Below are positions 25,703 through 40,909 of a stretch of 64,000 nt of DNA, piece after piece. Numbering within the stretch: the first letter of the stretch is position 1; the number at the start of each line of letters is the position of its first letter. Origin of the DNA: Adineta vaga. Taxonomy: Eukaryota > Animalia > Rotifera. Made by a program: the position numbers and the translations under genes. The notes below the pieces were generated by a model. That model searched no databases. It had not been told where the DNA came from and was given only the letters and a program-made list of their open reading frames with translations. The stretch covers positions 11,904,001 to 11,968,000 of the forward strand of contig CP075494.1 in assembly GCA_021613535.1 (NCBI GenBank), written 5' to 3'.

Positions 25703-26671
25703 ATGCAACATCTACAAACATCACAAAGACTTCGTGATCGTTCTGTACGACGATGTATGATTATCACTTTAAGTATACTGTTAGCTTTTCTAATTCTTGG
25801 TACATTTGTTACATTATTTGTTATCTATTTTATTCGATATCGAACGGCAATTTCATCACCTTTAGCTTATCCAAATTTTGTTTGTAATCAACGTCCATGT
25901 GGTTGTCCAAATATAAATCAGATGAAACTTTCCATACCAAAAATAGTCGGTGGACATGACGCATCACCTTATATCTATCCATGGCTTGTGAGTTTAACTA
26001 ATCGCCATCGAACAGAACCATTCTGTGCTGGATTTATCATATCTTCAAATGTAATTCTAACTGCTGCTCATTGTTTAAATGATCGTTTACCTGATCAAGT
26101 AGAAATATTAGCAAAACTACATGATATTCGAGATTTTCAAGGTGATCGACATGCTATTGATCGATGGATTATTCATCCTGATTATCGTCTGAATGATACT
26201 ATGCATTTAAATGATATTGCTTTAATAAAAACAAAGAAATCATTCTCGAAAGATCTACAACCCTGTTGTTTACCACAACGACAATCGAATATATATCCTC
26301 AAGCGAAAACACAAGCCGTTATTAGCGGTTGGGGTAAAATTTTAACAAAGCCAATAAGTCGAAATTCTCCTATTCTTCAACACGTAGTTCTACCGATAGT
26401 TGACCGAAAGAATATGAAATGTCGTCAATCAATTGCTGATACACATCGACAAGTATGTGCTGGTTATGATGCCCTTTCAATTGATGCATGTGCCGGTGAT
26501 AGTGGTGCACCATTATTAGTTGTTGAACATGATGGAAATGAAGGATATTTTGTTGCTGGAGGTATTGTTAGTTATGGAAATCGACAATGTGATGCATCGA
26601 TTTCATCTGGTGTTTATACACGTGTTAGTTTTTATCTCGATTGGATTAATACAACAATTATGTCTTTTTAA
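25703..26671 (+). CDS. Type II transmembrane trypsin-like serine protease (S1A), intronless
   Basis: N-terminal TM; activation site K-IVGG; triad motifs TAAHC, NDIAL and GDSGAP; Asp at the S1 pocket (DAC); GVYTRV. Confidence 0.93.
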   Translation: MQHLQTSQRLRDRSVRRCMIITLSILLAFLILGTFVTLFVIYFIRYRTAISSPLAYPNFVCNQRPCGCPNINQMKLSIPKIVGGHDASPYIYPWLVSLTNRHRTEPFCAGFIISSNVILTAAHCLNDRLPDQVEILAKLHDIRDFQGDRHAIDRWIIHPDYRLNDTMHLNDIALIKTKKSFSKDLQPCCLPQRQSNIYPQAKTQAVISGWGKILTKPISRNSPILQHVVLPIVDRKNMKCRQSIADTHRQVCAGYDALSIDACAGDSGAPLLVVEHDGNEGYFVAGGIVSYGNRQCDASISSGVYTRVSFYLDWINTTIMSF

Positions 26672-26962
26672 ATAAATAAATTTAATAGAAATAGTTTTGT
26701 CCAGTTCATAATCCGAAGAAAATAAATTTATTTTTATTCTTATTCTTATTCATAAAAAGTTCACTATGTTTTCGAAAACAAAAAAAATAAATCATTCTCT
26801 TTTTGTTTTGCTGTTCTAGAAAAATAAATATGTCGATTATCTATCAAATAGAATGAATTAATCAAGGATGGATGAATAATGCACATGGAAAAATATAAAC
26901 AAACCAACGAATGAGAAAAGAATAAAGAAGAAAATCTGACATGAAATTGTCATTCAATCTCA

Positions 26963-29900
26963 TTAAGATGCTGCAGTACTTTCCATGGCATATTCGGCCA
27001 TTTTCATATCATATTCTAAACGAAGTGTACTTTTTAATTCATCAAGATTACGAATAGATTTCGATTGACCGATAGTTATAATCCATGGATGAAGAAGAAT
27101 TTGATCAGCACGCATCCGTTTTTGATGATCAACAACTAACAAATGATCGATTAAATTCTTCGCAGCTAGACAAAGAAAAAAAATGAAATCAAATTGAAAT
27201 TTCAATCGAACATTTCCTACCTGGTGAGATTGTATTCCAATATTCAGTATCATACGAATATTTACCACGTTGAATCATTTGAAACAATTCATCTTGATTA
27301 CGTTCAACGGTTTTAAACGGTGGATAACCACAAAGAAGAATATATAGAATAACACCTGTTGCCCAACAATCAACTTCAATACCATAACCTATTTGAATTC
27401 GAAAATCAAACATTTTCCCATAGTTATCAGTCTCGAGTAAGTTATCTTACCTGTTTCAGAAAGAATTTCCGGTGCAACATAACTAGACGAAAAAAGAAAT
27501 ATTTTATGTAAAAATGAAAATGTAAATCTTACGTCGGTGTTCCACATACAGTTTTAATTTGTCCAGTAATTTGTAATGCTAGACCAAAATCTGTTAATTT
27601 AATTGTAATTCTTCCCTCCTTTCTATGCATTACTAATAAATTTTCAGGTTTCACATCTCTATGAACAATTTTTTTTGCATGTAAATAAACTAATGCTTCT
27701 GCAACATCTCGAATCATTAAAGCTGATGTGGCTTCATCAAAACAACGATGTCGAGTAATATATTCAAATAAATCTCCACCTTTAATCAATTCCATAACAA
27801 GATAAATTTCTTCCGCAGTTTCATAATCTTCATATAAACGAATGATATTTGAATGATTACACATATACATAATATTAATTTCATGTTCAAGCATATATTG
27901 TTTTCCCTAATAGAAGAAAATGAATGAATAGTCAAAATTGGATGAATTCTTACTTTCATTTTTGATTTATCAATTATTTTAATTGCAAATTCTCGTTGAT
28001 TATCATATGCTTTTGAACGACGAACAATTGCAAAATTACCATCACCCATTTTCTTTCCGAGTTCATATCTATCGGTGACAATCGATGGGGATGGATGCTG
28101 AAAAAGTTGTCATTTTCATAACAAACACATCGGATGGATCAATTTAAAACTTACAATAGTTGATGAACGTTTTTTAATAACAAAATTTTTTGTTACAGGT
28201 GAAAGTTCATTTTCATTCGAATGATTTGTTGGTAATGAAGTAATTGATGAAAGTTTTGTTCTTACTATTTAAAGAATATAGTTCTATTATTGAAAAGAAT
28301 GATGTGACATACGTGATGTTGGACTTTTGATTTTATTTGAATGATATGCATCATTATTATTCATATCGATAGTTAATTGTTCAAATTTTGGAACGGAAAA
28401 TACTTGAATACTTTGTTGTGGTTCTTTTTTTGATAAAATTCGTTTTCGACGATGTTCTTCTTCTTCACGTAGACGTTGTCGTTCGCGTTCACGTTGTTGT
28501 TCAATAATATTGATCGTAGGTAATTTATTTGTTTCTTTAAAGAAATAGAAACATATATTTTCTGAGAAAAGGGGGGAAATGAAAGTAAATCTTACTCTTA
28601 AATTTTTGATGAGTTGAATTATTTGGTGTTGATATACATTCCGAGATTGGTTCATTTTGTTTAGTATTTGCTACACGCGTTGATAGCACTACACTATTTT
28701 TTCGTGAAAGACTTTCTTCATCTTCTAGAATAGAAATATTTCACATTGATTTACTAGTCGATTTTCATACTTTGTTCTACTATTGATGCATCAGCATCAA
28801 TTGATGTGTGAACAGGTTTTTTGACATGAGTTCGACGAGAAGGAGAATGTTGAGTATCGTTAAACAATTTAAGACTTATTTCATGTAACTCTACTGAAGA
28901 TATATCATTATTGTGTGTGAGAGCAATGAATACATCATCTAAATGAGAATGTTTAATGTGAATATGAAGAGAAAAAGAATGATCGAAAATTTTACCATCA
29001 CGAAAGAAATCATTGATACCATTGACTTGTCTTCCTCGTAAATTAAAGATTCGTTTGATCTAATCAATAGAAAGAAGGATACTTTTTTTTCTAATAGAAA
29101 TTGAATTCTTTTACTTTATCAGTTCGATTCTTTTGATATCCAAATGCTTCGGAAATATCGGATAATAATTGTTCAAATGTCTGTACAGTTCTTCGATTCA
29201 ATAAGATCGTAATTGTTTTATATGGTTTTTCATTTCCTTGTTTGATGATCGTAATCGAACGTGGTTTATTATAGAAAGATTCAGGAGCATATTTATTCTG
29301 TTTGAAATGAAATTTTCTCTGTTGTTGAACAGAACTTGCTGCAGTAGAAGTAAATGATTGTAAAAAAAGATTATTTGAAAGAAAACGATTGTTTGTATTG
29401 TTTGTCGATATCGAACCGTTGATAGCACCTACTTTTGCAAATTGACTCGTCGGTAAAGGACGTACATGAACACGATTGGATGAATGAATATCATTGAATG
29501 GTTGACGAACTAGAAGAAAAAATAATTTCGTTTTATTTTTACTTTTCTACGAAAAAATTTTCTTGAAAATTAGAAAGAATTTTTTGCATTACTTAATCGA
29601 TTTTTTGCCATTGAATCTAACTGTAAACGTAAAATTTGTTTTTAACTGTTCGAAATTTGTCAATTAAATAGTTGAAATAGTTTTCTTTTTCTAGTTTTTC
29701 ATCACTTCACTTACCAGGCCATCCGAGTGATTGATAAACATTAAAATTGAATACTTTAGGAGTTAAGAACATAGTGTTCGGGATACGAAAGAAAAATACT
29801 AATAAAAACTCAAGAGATTGTTCTTCATTTGTTTTCTTTTTTTATTTCATCGAACAACGACGACTGTTCTCTTCGTTTTTTTTTTATTTCAAATCATATT

Positions 29901-30831
29901 ATTCTCTCGTTTTATTTTTATTTTTTTCTTCTTTCGTCATCGGTTCTTCTCTTGTTATTATAATCTCGTTCGTTGTACGCAGAAAAAATTAAGTTTTGAG
30001 CAAGTTCTCCGTCGTTCTGTTCTTGATCAGTTAACAATAATCATTCATTACATTCGAATTCTTTCTCGTTTGAAGAAAAAGAGAAAGAAAGAAAGAAATC
30101 AAAGCCAGTGAGTTTTGAAAACACAATGAAATTCTTTTCTTTCTTAGATGTTGATTTTGTAATACTTAACTATAATAGTAATTAAAAAGATGTAAGCAAA
30201 CGAATGTAGACATGCATCGGGAAAAGAAAGGAAATCCTTCTTATATATATATATATATATATTCAAAGAATATTATAATTAGAATAAGCAATCATTATGT
30301 TGAAAAAGAAATAGTAGAAGAAGAAAAATATTTGTTTTAATATAAACAGATGAATAAAGAAAAAAATGGGAGGAATATCTACGAAACTATGGGTTACTTA
30401 CAACGGTCGCTTTTTGTAGGTAATCGTGGCGTTGTAATGGCAGAATATTCTAGTTTTTGAAATGGTTCAAATGAAGCACAAACATACGATGCACCATCTT
30501 TCAAATAATTTACATTAGTAATTTCAGAACCATTTTGTATTGTAAACAAATGTCGAACACCGTAAGGTAGATTGATAATAGTCGATAATTGTTGAAATAA
30601 AAATTGTAAATTAGTATAATTTTGTGGATTGATTGTGATTTGTTTACCGGGAAAATAAGGATCACCATTACGATATAAAGTGATTCGTCGTGATGTCGAA
30701 CGAGATGATCTCTCTTTCGAAAATTGTGGAACAATACGACGAGTTGATTTTGATAAACGATTGGGTTGTCGTGAGTTTTTTGTCATAGAATTTTGTGACC
30801 ATTGATATGGCGAAGAAAGTACATCCGACAT
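26963..30831 (-). CDS. DCLK: Doublecortin-like Ser/Thr kinase (two DCX domains plus CaMK-like kinase)
   Basis: DCX1 LYRNGDPYFPG...LPYGVRHLFT; DCX2 near 28930-29280; kinase GDGNFAIV, AIKIIDK, HRDVKPEN, DFG, VCGTPT and DCWATGVI. Confidence 0.93.
30242..30261. repeat. (TA)n microsatellite in a DCLK intron
   Basis: Read directly. Similar short TA runs occur near 6807, 39320, 43527, 44200 and 47207. Confidence 0.85.
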
Positions 30832-31895
30832 TGGTGAAAAACTGATTAAAAATATTCCAGAACGGACGTTAGACGAAGTATAGCACCAGAATTATTGATC
30901 GGTTAACAAAATTAATATTTTAATATGCAAACATCTCAGAAGATCTTTGTAAATAAAAGGTAAAATATCGACGTTAGCTAAAAACATGTCGTCGATCTTT
31001 TCTTTTGTTGTCATAGTAATGACGTCAATTTATAGTCGGAAACAAAAAGAATGAAGAACTAAGGTGGAGTAAAGAATAAAAGAAGAAATGTAAGGATTTT
31101 GACGATATCTAGTGCCATCTTTTTCTCATTTTCATACGTTTTTTAAATAATCAAATTTTCAAAAAAAAAGAGTTTTCTTGACAATGAGATCGATCGAGAC
31201 GAATATACAGTTCTGGTTTTTGCTTTCTATAACAATACATCATCACTAAAAATACTTTATACTGAATCGGTGAGTAGAAAAAAAAACAGAACAAGTATCA
31301 AAGTAAACGGCACAACATGACATTTTCAAGCTTATAAATATCTCTATAAACAATATATGTTATTCTTCAAAATAAAGAAAATATCTTTTTTGTATCAAAG
31401 TTATAATATATGAAAGACATTGCGTTTGTTGATCTTAATGAAAATTGAAAATACTATAATAAAAGTTTCGACGAAAAAAATTTCACATCACAACTTCATG
31501 CGTAAATATAAAAACTCAAATGAGATAATTACAAGAATAAACTATACTAACGAAATCATCGATTGATTTTTCATCTAACATTATATATCTATTTACAAGA
31601 TAACACATCATTGCTACCAATTAGACTAATGATTTTCATGCGAAATTCTATTGAAAGAAATCATTTCATAAGATCTCAAATTTACTGAAAAAGAAAATTT
31701 ATTCTAATGAACTCATAAGCGATGGTACTCAGCTCATTTTTCTCTAGAAAAAAAGGAATTCTGTTATTCTTATTACATAGATATATAATATCTTCATGAA
31801 ATAAATCAGCAGTTAACAATTAACTATTCAGAGATAGAGTTAAATCTTGATATTTTCTAACAAACATAGTTGACATCAACCACATTTTTTCTACA

Positions 31896-32961
31896 ATGCC
31901 AGCTTCAGAAGACACAATCAATACTATTAATTTTGCTATGACAGTCTATACTGGATACTTCGGTATATTTACCGGTTTAATTGGACATATCATCAATATT
32001 CTTGTATTTACTCAATTAAAACTATTTCGTGGAAATCAATCTGCATTTTATCTTACAGTTGGATCGTTTTTTGATTGTTGGCAATTGATTTTTTTAACCA
32101 TGCCTCGTGTTACTTCTATTGCATCTGGTTATGATCTTACACGAGTATCTCTATTTTGGTGTAAACTTCGTTCCTATCTGACAAACACTGGTATGGTCAT
32201 TTTGACAATTAATATTTGTTTTTCCGCTATCGATCAATATTTATCTACAAGTTATTATCTTCGCGTACGACAATTGAGTACCTATAAACTAGCACAACAT
32301 GCTGTTACTCTTCTTATTGTTTTTGCTCTTCTGTACGATATTATGTTTTTATATTATTTTGAAATTAATTCATTTTGTGGAACATATAATTCTACATTTA
32401 ATTATTTCTATTCATTCGTACATTTCTGTTTAATTACTGGCATTTTTCCTATAGTTATATCAACCTTATTTAGTTTTCTTGCTTATCAAAATGTTCGTCG
32501 TATTGTACGTCGACAAATGCCTGTCGTTCGACGTCGTCTTGATCATCAGTTAACAGCAATGATTCTTGTTCGTGTTGCTTTATTTGTTTGTACAACTGTA
32601 CCATATATTTCTTTACGAATCTATCAACTTAATCATTCAGTGGATGTAAATGATTCGTATGCTGTAGCTTTCGATCAATTAGTTCGAACATGTTTCAATA
32701 TAATCTATACAATCAATACTTCGGTAGAGAAATTTTTCGTTTTAGTATTTCATAAGATTAAGATTTTTTTGTTTTGTATAGGTTGCGTTTTATATTTTTT
32801 GGATATCTTCAAGTCGATTTCGTCGACAAGTTAAATTTATACTTTTCAAGAAAAATTGGCGTAAACCTTGGGCAATGAAAGTAAGAAGAAATCAAGTTAT
32901 ACCAGGTGTCAATCAAGCACAACCTATTGAATCACCAAAACCAAGTGTAGAAATTGACTAA
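31896..32961 (+). CDS. Orphan rhodopsin-like (class A) GPCR, copy 1 of a tandem pair
   Basis: Seven hydrophobic segments; FWCKLR, AIDQY (DRY position) and RRRLDHQLTAMIL; single intron 32724-32781 in TM7. Confidence 0.88.
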
Positions 32962-33475
32962 TCATATTTTAAATATTGCTGATTGTTTTCTTCTTCAAAA
33001 ATAAATAAAAATTGTACGATCTCAGTTTTTATAGACTTCCTCGTTGGTGATATACGATACATAATTTAGAAATCGAGATAGTGACTTTGTATTAACGTTA
33101 TACAGGAAGTAGAATATCTAGGCCAACTAAATGACGACAATAATAATAATGAGAAAGCAATTTGAGTTTCTCTTATGACATCATTTTTTTATCTGATGCT
33201 TTTGAAATCTCTGATTGAACTATTTTAATGAGTAAACATCATATGTAAAGGTTGTGATGTAAACTTGTTTTTCAGTTGCTTTCGTGACGATCCTAATGAG
33301 ATAATAGGAAGTTCTTCTTCTATAAAATGAACAATTTCGAAACTATCCAACCGTTCTCTTTCTATCTAACATGTTTCTCAAAGAAAATCCGGTTTTAATT
33401 AAAAGATAGATTGTAAAAGTAGAATTTCTTTCGTAAAGATAGTAGTAAAACGAGTAATTGCATATTCATTACATA

Positions 33476-34509
33476 ATGGATTATACAGTACAAATGATTG
33501 ATTCTATTACTTACGGTATATCTTTTTATGGTGGTTATTTCAATTTAATTCTTGGTATGATTGGAAATATTCTGAATATTCTTCTTTTTACTCGATTGAA
33601 AGTCTTTCGAAAAAATCAATCGATATTTTATCTAACAGTTGCTTCATTTGTTCATATAAATCAATTGTTTTTTTCTACTGCACTTCGTTTAATAACATAT
33701 ACATTTGGTGTTGATCTAACTCAAACATCTCTGTTTTGGTGTAAGTTTCGTATTTATATTGTTCAATTTACAACAGTTACTTCAACACTTATTATTTGTT
33801 TTACTGTTATTAATCAATATATATCTACAAATTATGATGCACGTATCCGACAATTGAGTACATTTAAATTTACACAACGAACTATAGTTTTTCTCCTTAT
33901 TTTCGCCGGCTTGTACGATATTCCTTTCTTAATCTTCTTTCAAATTCGTGTCATTTGTGCATCATTTGATACAACATTCAATTATTTCTATTCATTTTTA
34001 CATTATTGTATACTTATCGGCATCATACCACTTCTTATCTCATTATTCTTTAGTTTTCTTGCTTATCAAAATGTTCGTCGAATAGTACGTCGTCAAATAG
34101 CCATCGTCCGACGACGTCTTGAGCATCAATTAACTGCTATGATTCTTATTCGAGTTGCTTTGTATGCTATTACAACTGCACCATTTATTACTTTTCGAAT
34201 ATATCAAATTAATCATCCAAGTGAAGGAGATGATGTGATGGAACTGGCAATTGATCGATTATTGAATGCGCTATTTACGGCAATTTATGCAATAAATTAT
34301 TCGGTAGTGAATATTTCGTATTATGAAGATTATTTGTAATTTCTTTTCTTTCCTAGGGTGTATTCTATATTTTTTGGATTTCATCATCACGATTTCGTCG
34401 ACAAATGAAATGTTTATTATTTAAAAAACTCTGTCGTACACGGAATCGAATTCAAAATATATCGCTGAGTCGTAGTAGATCGAATTCATCAAATATAGAA
34501 CAAAATTAA
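33476..34509 (+). CDS. Orphan rhodopsin-like GPCR, copy 2 of a tandem pair
   Basis: Collinear paralogue of 31896-32961 (GN in TM1, FWCKFR, INQY, RRRLEHQLTAMIL) with the intron at the same position. Confidence 0.88.
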
Positions 34510-34626
34510 CTGTTCTGATTATAGAATTTCTTATATTGTTTAGTTTAATTAATCAATCAAAAGAAAAAGAAACTTTTTGGCAATGTTCGAATATGATTAA
34601 GAAAATCAATTAAAAGTTAATTCCAT

Positions 34627-35243
34627 TTAATTTTTCTTTTTTTTACCCAAAACAGAAGCAACTAAAGAGATCAAAACCCATTAATATACGTTTTCCAAAC
34701 AAAAAATCTTACGAATGATAATAATGACGATTACCGCAATGACAACACACACAAGAATCCACATCTGTGAAGAAAAAGAAGCTTGTCGGAAGAGAAAAGA
34801 GTTGTTGCTTAGATATTTACTTTGACATTTTTCCACCAAAATTTCTTTTTTAATTTTTGTGAACGAATGGCAAATTGTCGAGATCCTTCGTTCAAAATAT
34901 CTAAAATCAATTCAAATGAGACGTAATCTTTTTCCAATTTATAATGTTCTCTACCAGATTTGGCTTCTAAATCATCAAGTTTGCCGCCACGTTCTAATTC
35001 TAATCGAAGATTATTTTTCATTACATCTGTAACCTAAAACATTCCGACTTATAACATACAACTAGACCAAACAGTTTCATACATACCTCATCGACTTGTC
35101 CTTGCAATTGTTGAATCCGTGATGGCGGTGTATAGCGAACACTATTCGTATTTGATTGATAACCTGGATTGGTTGTCCTATTGATATAATAAAATAGTTG
35201 ATTGGCTTGAATGAATAAAACTAAATTAAATATATACATACAT
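34627..35243 (-). CDS. VAMP: Synaptobrevin/VAMP R-SNARE
   Basis: IQQLQGQVDEVTDVMKNN, LERGGKLDDLEAKS, KKFWWKNVK and a C-terminal TM; several short introns. Confidence 0.92.
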
Positions 35244-35404
35244 GATGGTCTGCTAGATGATATCAAAATTTCTAAATAAGACACAAGAAGAAAAAAGAAT
35301 GAGATGATATTTGTTTGCTGATTACTCATAGAAATTTTATCAGTATGTAAATGTTTTGTTTTTATCTTTAGTGACCGTACAGCAAACAAGAAAAAAAAGA
35401 GAGT

Positions 35405-36418
35405 ATGAAGCCGTTGATTGTTGTTATTGGTGCAACAGGTAAACAAGGCGGAAGTGTAATCAATGCTTTGATTGAATCAAATCAATGGACAGTACGAGGA
35501 CTTTCACGAAATCTTACATCGAAAGAAAGTCAAGTAATCCTTATTATTGAAAGACAAAAATTTGATGTTTTTAATTGAATTTTACTTTAGGAATTGATTA
35601 GTAAAGGTGTGGATATGGTATCATGTAATATTGATTCTTTAGATGAATGTTCGCAAGCATTTAAAGGAGCATATGGTGTTTTTGCTATGACTAATTTTTG
35701 GGAATGTGGTTCAAGTAAAGAATATGAACAAGGTATGAATATGGTCAATGCAGCACGACAACAAAATATACAACATTTTATTTGGAGTAGTTTACCGGAT
35801 ACAGTTGCGATTTCAAACGGAAAATTAGATTTACCACATTATATGTAAATGAAATAATTATGATTTAAATTTAGGTATATACATTTTTTCTACATCTAGG
35901 ATGAAAGCTCGTATTGAATCTTATATTCGTTCTCAACAAAATCCGCCCTTATTTCGTTATACAACATTTATTCATGTTGGTTTTTATTATCAAAATTTCC
36001 AAACATTCTTTCAACCAACAGCGGACTTTGAATTTCGTGTTTTACTTCAACCAGATGCTCGTCTTCCTCTCTATGATGTTCGCGACACTGGCGCTGTAGT
36101 TGCTCAATGTTTTAAACATCCGGATCAATGGGGACAAGAAAATGTTATTCCAATCGTTGCTCAAAGATTGACTATGGATGAAATTTGTGAAATTATTCGA
36201 CGTGTAACAGGAAATGATAAAGTTCGTTACACACCATTAACATATGATCAATGTGCTGGACAAGCAAAAGAAACACTTGATAATATGAGATGGTATAATG
36301 AATATGGAAATGTCGAAGAACGACATCCGGAAAAAACGAAAGAAGTTTATGATAAAATGAAAACATTAGAAGAATGGATACAGGAAACAAAATGGTTAAT
36401 GAATGAAAACAAATCTGT

Positions 36419-36425
<7 letters not shown>
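35405..36425 (+). CDS. NmrA-like (HSCARG-type) atypical SDR NAD(P)-binding protein, 3 exons
   Basis: VVIGATGKQGGSV Rossmann motif, VRGLSRN, AFKGAYGVFAMTNFW, HFIWSSL and GFYYQNF. Confidence 0.9.
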
Positions 36426-37843
<1,418 letters not shown>

Positions 37844-38894
37844 TATATTAGAATTTGAACTTTATCAAAATACTAGACTGGACTAGACTAGACAAAATTT
37901 TTAAAGTACATCACAACATGAAATCTAGACCTAAACTATTGGATAAATAGCTGAATCAATGATGTTACACTTCTTTTCGTGCGTGTCGACACCAAGCGTT
38001 TATTCAGATGACGCTACCAGTCGTAAATTTTCACCAAAAGATTCTAGTGAATATTTAACTTGGAGATTTTCAGTAGTGATTACCTATGTGCTAGAATCTG
38101 GTACGAAAACATTCGGTTCCATGGTATCTTTGTCATGTACAACGCATTTCTGTCAGAAAGAATGGTTTCTCAGAGATTGAGTTATTAGTTCGATAGTCAT
38201 GCATTAAATATATGGAATTTAGGAATAACATGGTGCATTCAAAAGGAAAATTTCATTCTCAATCAAGAAAGTTTTCATAAAAGAAATATATCTTCAAACC
38301 AATGATTTTCAATTTCGACTGGAACAATGATAAGTATGATTTAACTTCAATTATTTTTGAATGCTAAGTAGATCTATATTTCTTTTCTGTATTGTACATT
38401 TTCTTGATCTCCGATGTTTATCGAAAAAAGCTTTTCCGACCTTTTCGTTTGATTATTACCAAAGAAATCTGATCATTTTCAACAGAAATAAAAGTCATCA
38501 TCCATTATTATCATTTGTCATTCTTCGTATTTCTTCTCAATGCAGTCTTCCTATACTTAAAAGTTGTATCTATCACTTGTATGTAACCGAAGAGATCGAT
38601 TCCACATTAAACTGTCGTCAAAGAAATTCACACCTATATTGTTTTGTATTATCCTTAGTAGACCAACTAGCTGTTAATAATTCCTAAGAAAAGATCATTG
38701 GCGTTCCATACCATTCTTTTCATTTCTTTTAAAAATCAAAATGAGAATAATGGTAAACTGATTTGATACTTTTTGCTTAAGTTTTAATTCAAAAAGAACA
38801 CAACGGTACAAGGAACGAATGCAACAATGAACGTAGTTAATCACAGTTTATCAAATCATTCTTGGTTTCTAGGATAAAATCAGATGGAGATTGA

Positions 38895-40505
38895 TCAATT
38901 GAATCTAATTAGAAAATAAACCAACAAATTAAATTCCATCAAATACATAAATAGACAAATAAACTTACTTGCATTTACTAAAATCCATTTCTGGATGAGC
39001 GCCCATAAATCTAATTCAATTATAATAGTAATAGTGTTATGTATGAAATTAAAACAATTAGTTACTTTTGAAGCATATCTTGTTTCTTTTGTTCATCAGA
39101 AGTAGGTAAGCCAGCTTCACGTCGATGTTGATCATACATCATTTTTTCTACCATACCTCGTGTTTCACCATCCAAATCAGATAACTAAATTAGATGATTA
39201 CTAATGAAGAAATATATGTTTTTGAAAGATTTACTTTTGAATTTTCTGGTTGAACTTTGCGTGTATTGATTTCCGGATCGGATTTAACAATGCGACTCCA
39301 CCATTCCATTTTATTAACCTATATATATATATATATATATATTCATGAAAGCACAACTAAATCATTATGTCAAAGGACAATACTTTTTCGATGACAATAT
39401 GAAGAAGTTTTCCATCATCTAATGTCCAAACAGAGTCTTCTTTTTTTAATTCTCCAAATGTTTCACCATCAATAATTGGTGGATGACCGCGAAGACCAAC
39501 ACATAAATGCTGTATAGACGAAAGATTTTTATTTTATTTACTACTAACAAAAAAGACTCAGTTACTTTGCGATCAAATTTGACAATAACATCTTTAGATT
39601 TTATACGAACATTAAGATTGATTGGAACACGTAACTAATTTGAAGAGAGTCATATATATATAACAATAATAATAGAAGAAACAAAAATGACTTACATCAA
39701 TTTCTTCGAGTGTTTGTGTCCAAGAATAGTTTGGTCCTGTCCAGCCATTACCTGCATTTGGTTTTTCTTTACCTTTATCATCTTCATTTTCATCCTCATC
39801 TTCTTTCTAATTGTTAAAATTTTATCGGATAAAATTTCACAACAATAAATAAATCTAATCATTTCTACCTTTTCTTCTTTATTTTCTTCATTATTATTTG
39901 AAGATTTTGTCTCAGCAACTGTATGTTTCTTTTCAACTACAGCTGGTTCATTTGAACTCATTTTTTGTGCCTACAGTACACAAGATTATTTCGTCCACTT
40001 TAACTGTTTAAAATTTACCTTTGCTTGAGCATTTTCTTGGGTAATTTTCTCTGCTTCTTCATCAGTAACTTCTACAATTCGTGATGATGGATCATTCTTT
40101 ACATTTTCTTCTTCTTCACGCTTACGACGTAATTTTTCACGTCGAATACGATCAGCCTATTGAAAAACAAACAACAGATGAATAATATCGTACAGTTGAA
40201 ACTACAAAGACTGCTCTACTTACTTCCTCTCGTTCGGCTTTATCTTTTTTATGTTTGTCTAAAGCAACTTTTTCCCATTTATGAAACGATTGTAAAATTA
40301 ATGCTTCTGGCTTTTGATCAACATTTGGACTTGTGTATAAATCAGTTTTACGTGCAAAAAATCCAAATAATGTATCGAGTAACTACAAACAAGATAAATA
40401 AACAATTATATTCTCTTTAATTCAATAAAATACTTCATGAATGCCGCCTGTATGTTGGGAAGCAATGTTCATTAAAAGTGCATCATATTTTTCTTCGTCG
40501 GACAT
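38895..40505 (-). CDS. NUDC: Nuclear migration protein NudC
   Basis: [55 protein letters not shown] and [12 protein letters not shown]. Confidence 0.96.
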
Positions 40506-40909
40506 GATTGAAACAGAATCTAAAATAGAAATGGTTCGACAACTATAGTGATGTTCTGTTGCTAAGAGCTTTCATGAACGAAACGAAGGAGAAGACATAA
40601 TTGATGTGAAAAGAATGCAAAAATGAATAATCTAACGGTTTATTGTTAAGAAGTATGAGAACTCGAAGAACTCAATGCTGATAATGAGAATGAGAAATAA
40701 TCAGTCAGATAAATCTTTAATGATTTTCGTGTCAAATAAAATCCATAGAATACAATACAGAATTGAGAATCAATTGGATTGGTCCGATGAATTTTTACTT
40801 AATTAGGAATCTTTTTAAGAAAAAAAAAGTTTCGAATATTGTGAAAAGTGATTTCAGAAGTCTTTCTTGACTTTTAAAAAAAACACTGGAGGCCAAAATA
40901 CAATTTGTT

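Noticed and set aside
37900-38800. ORFs 37959-38180 and 38361-38687 between ZNF330 and NUDC
   Set aside because: No recognisable motifs or consistent splice structure; probably promoter or UTR sequence. A decayed gene cannot be excluded.
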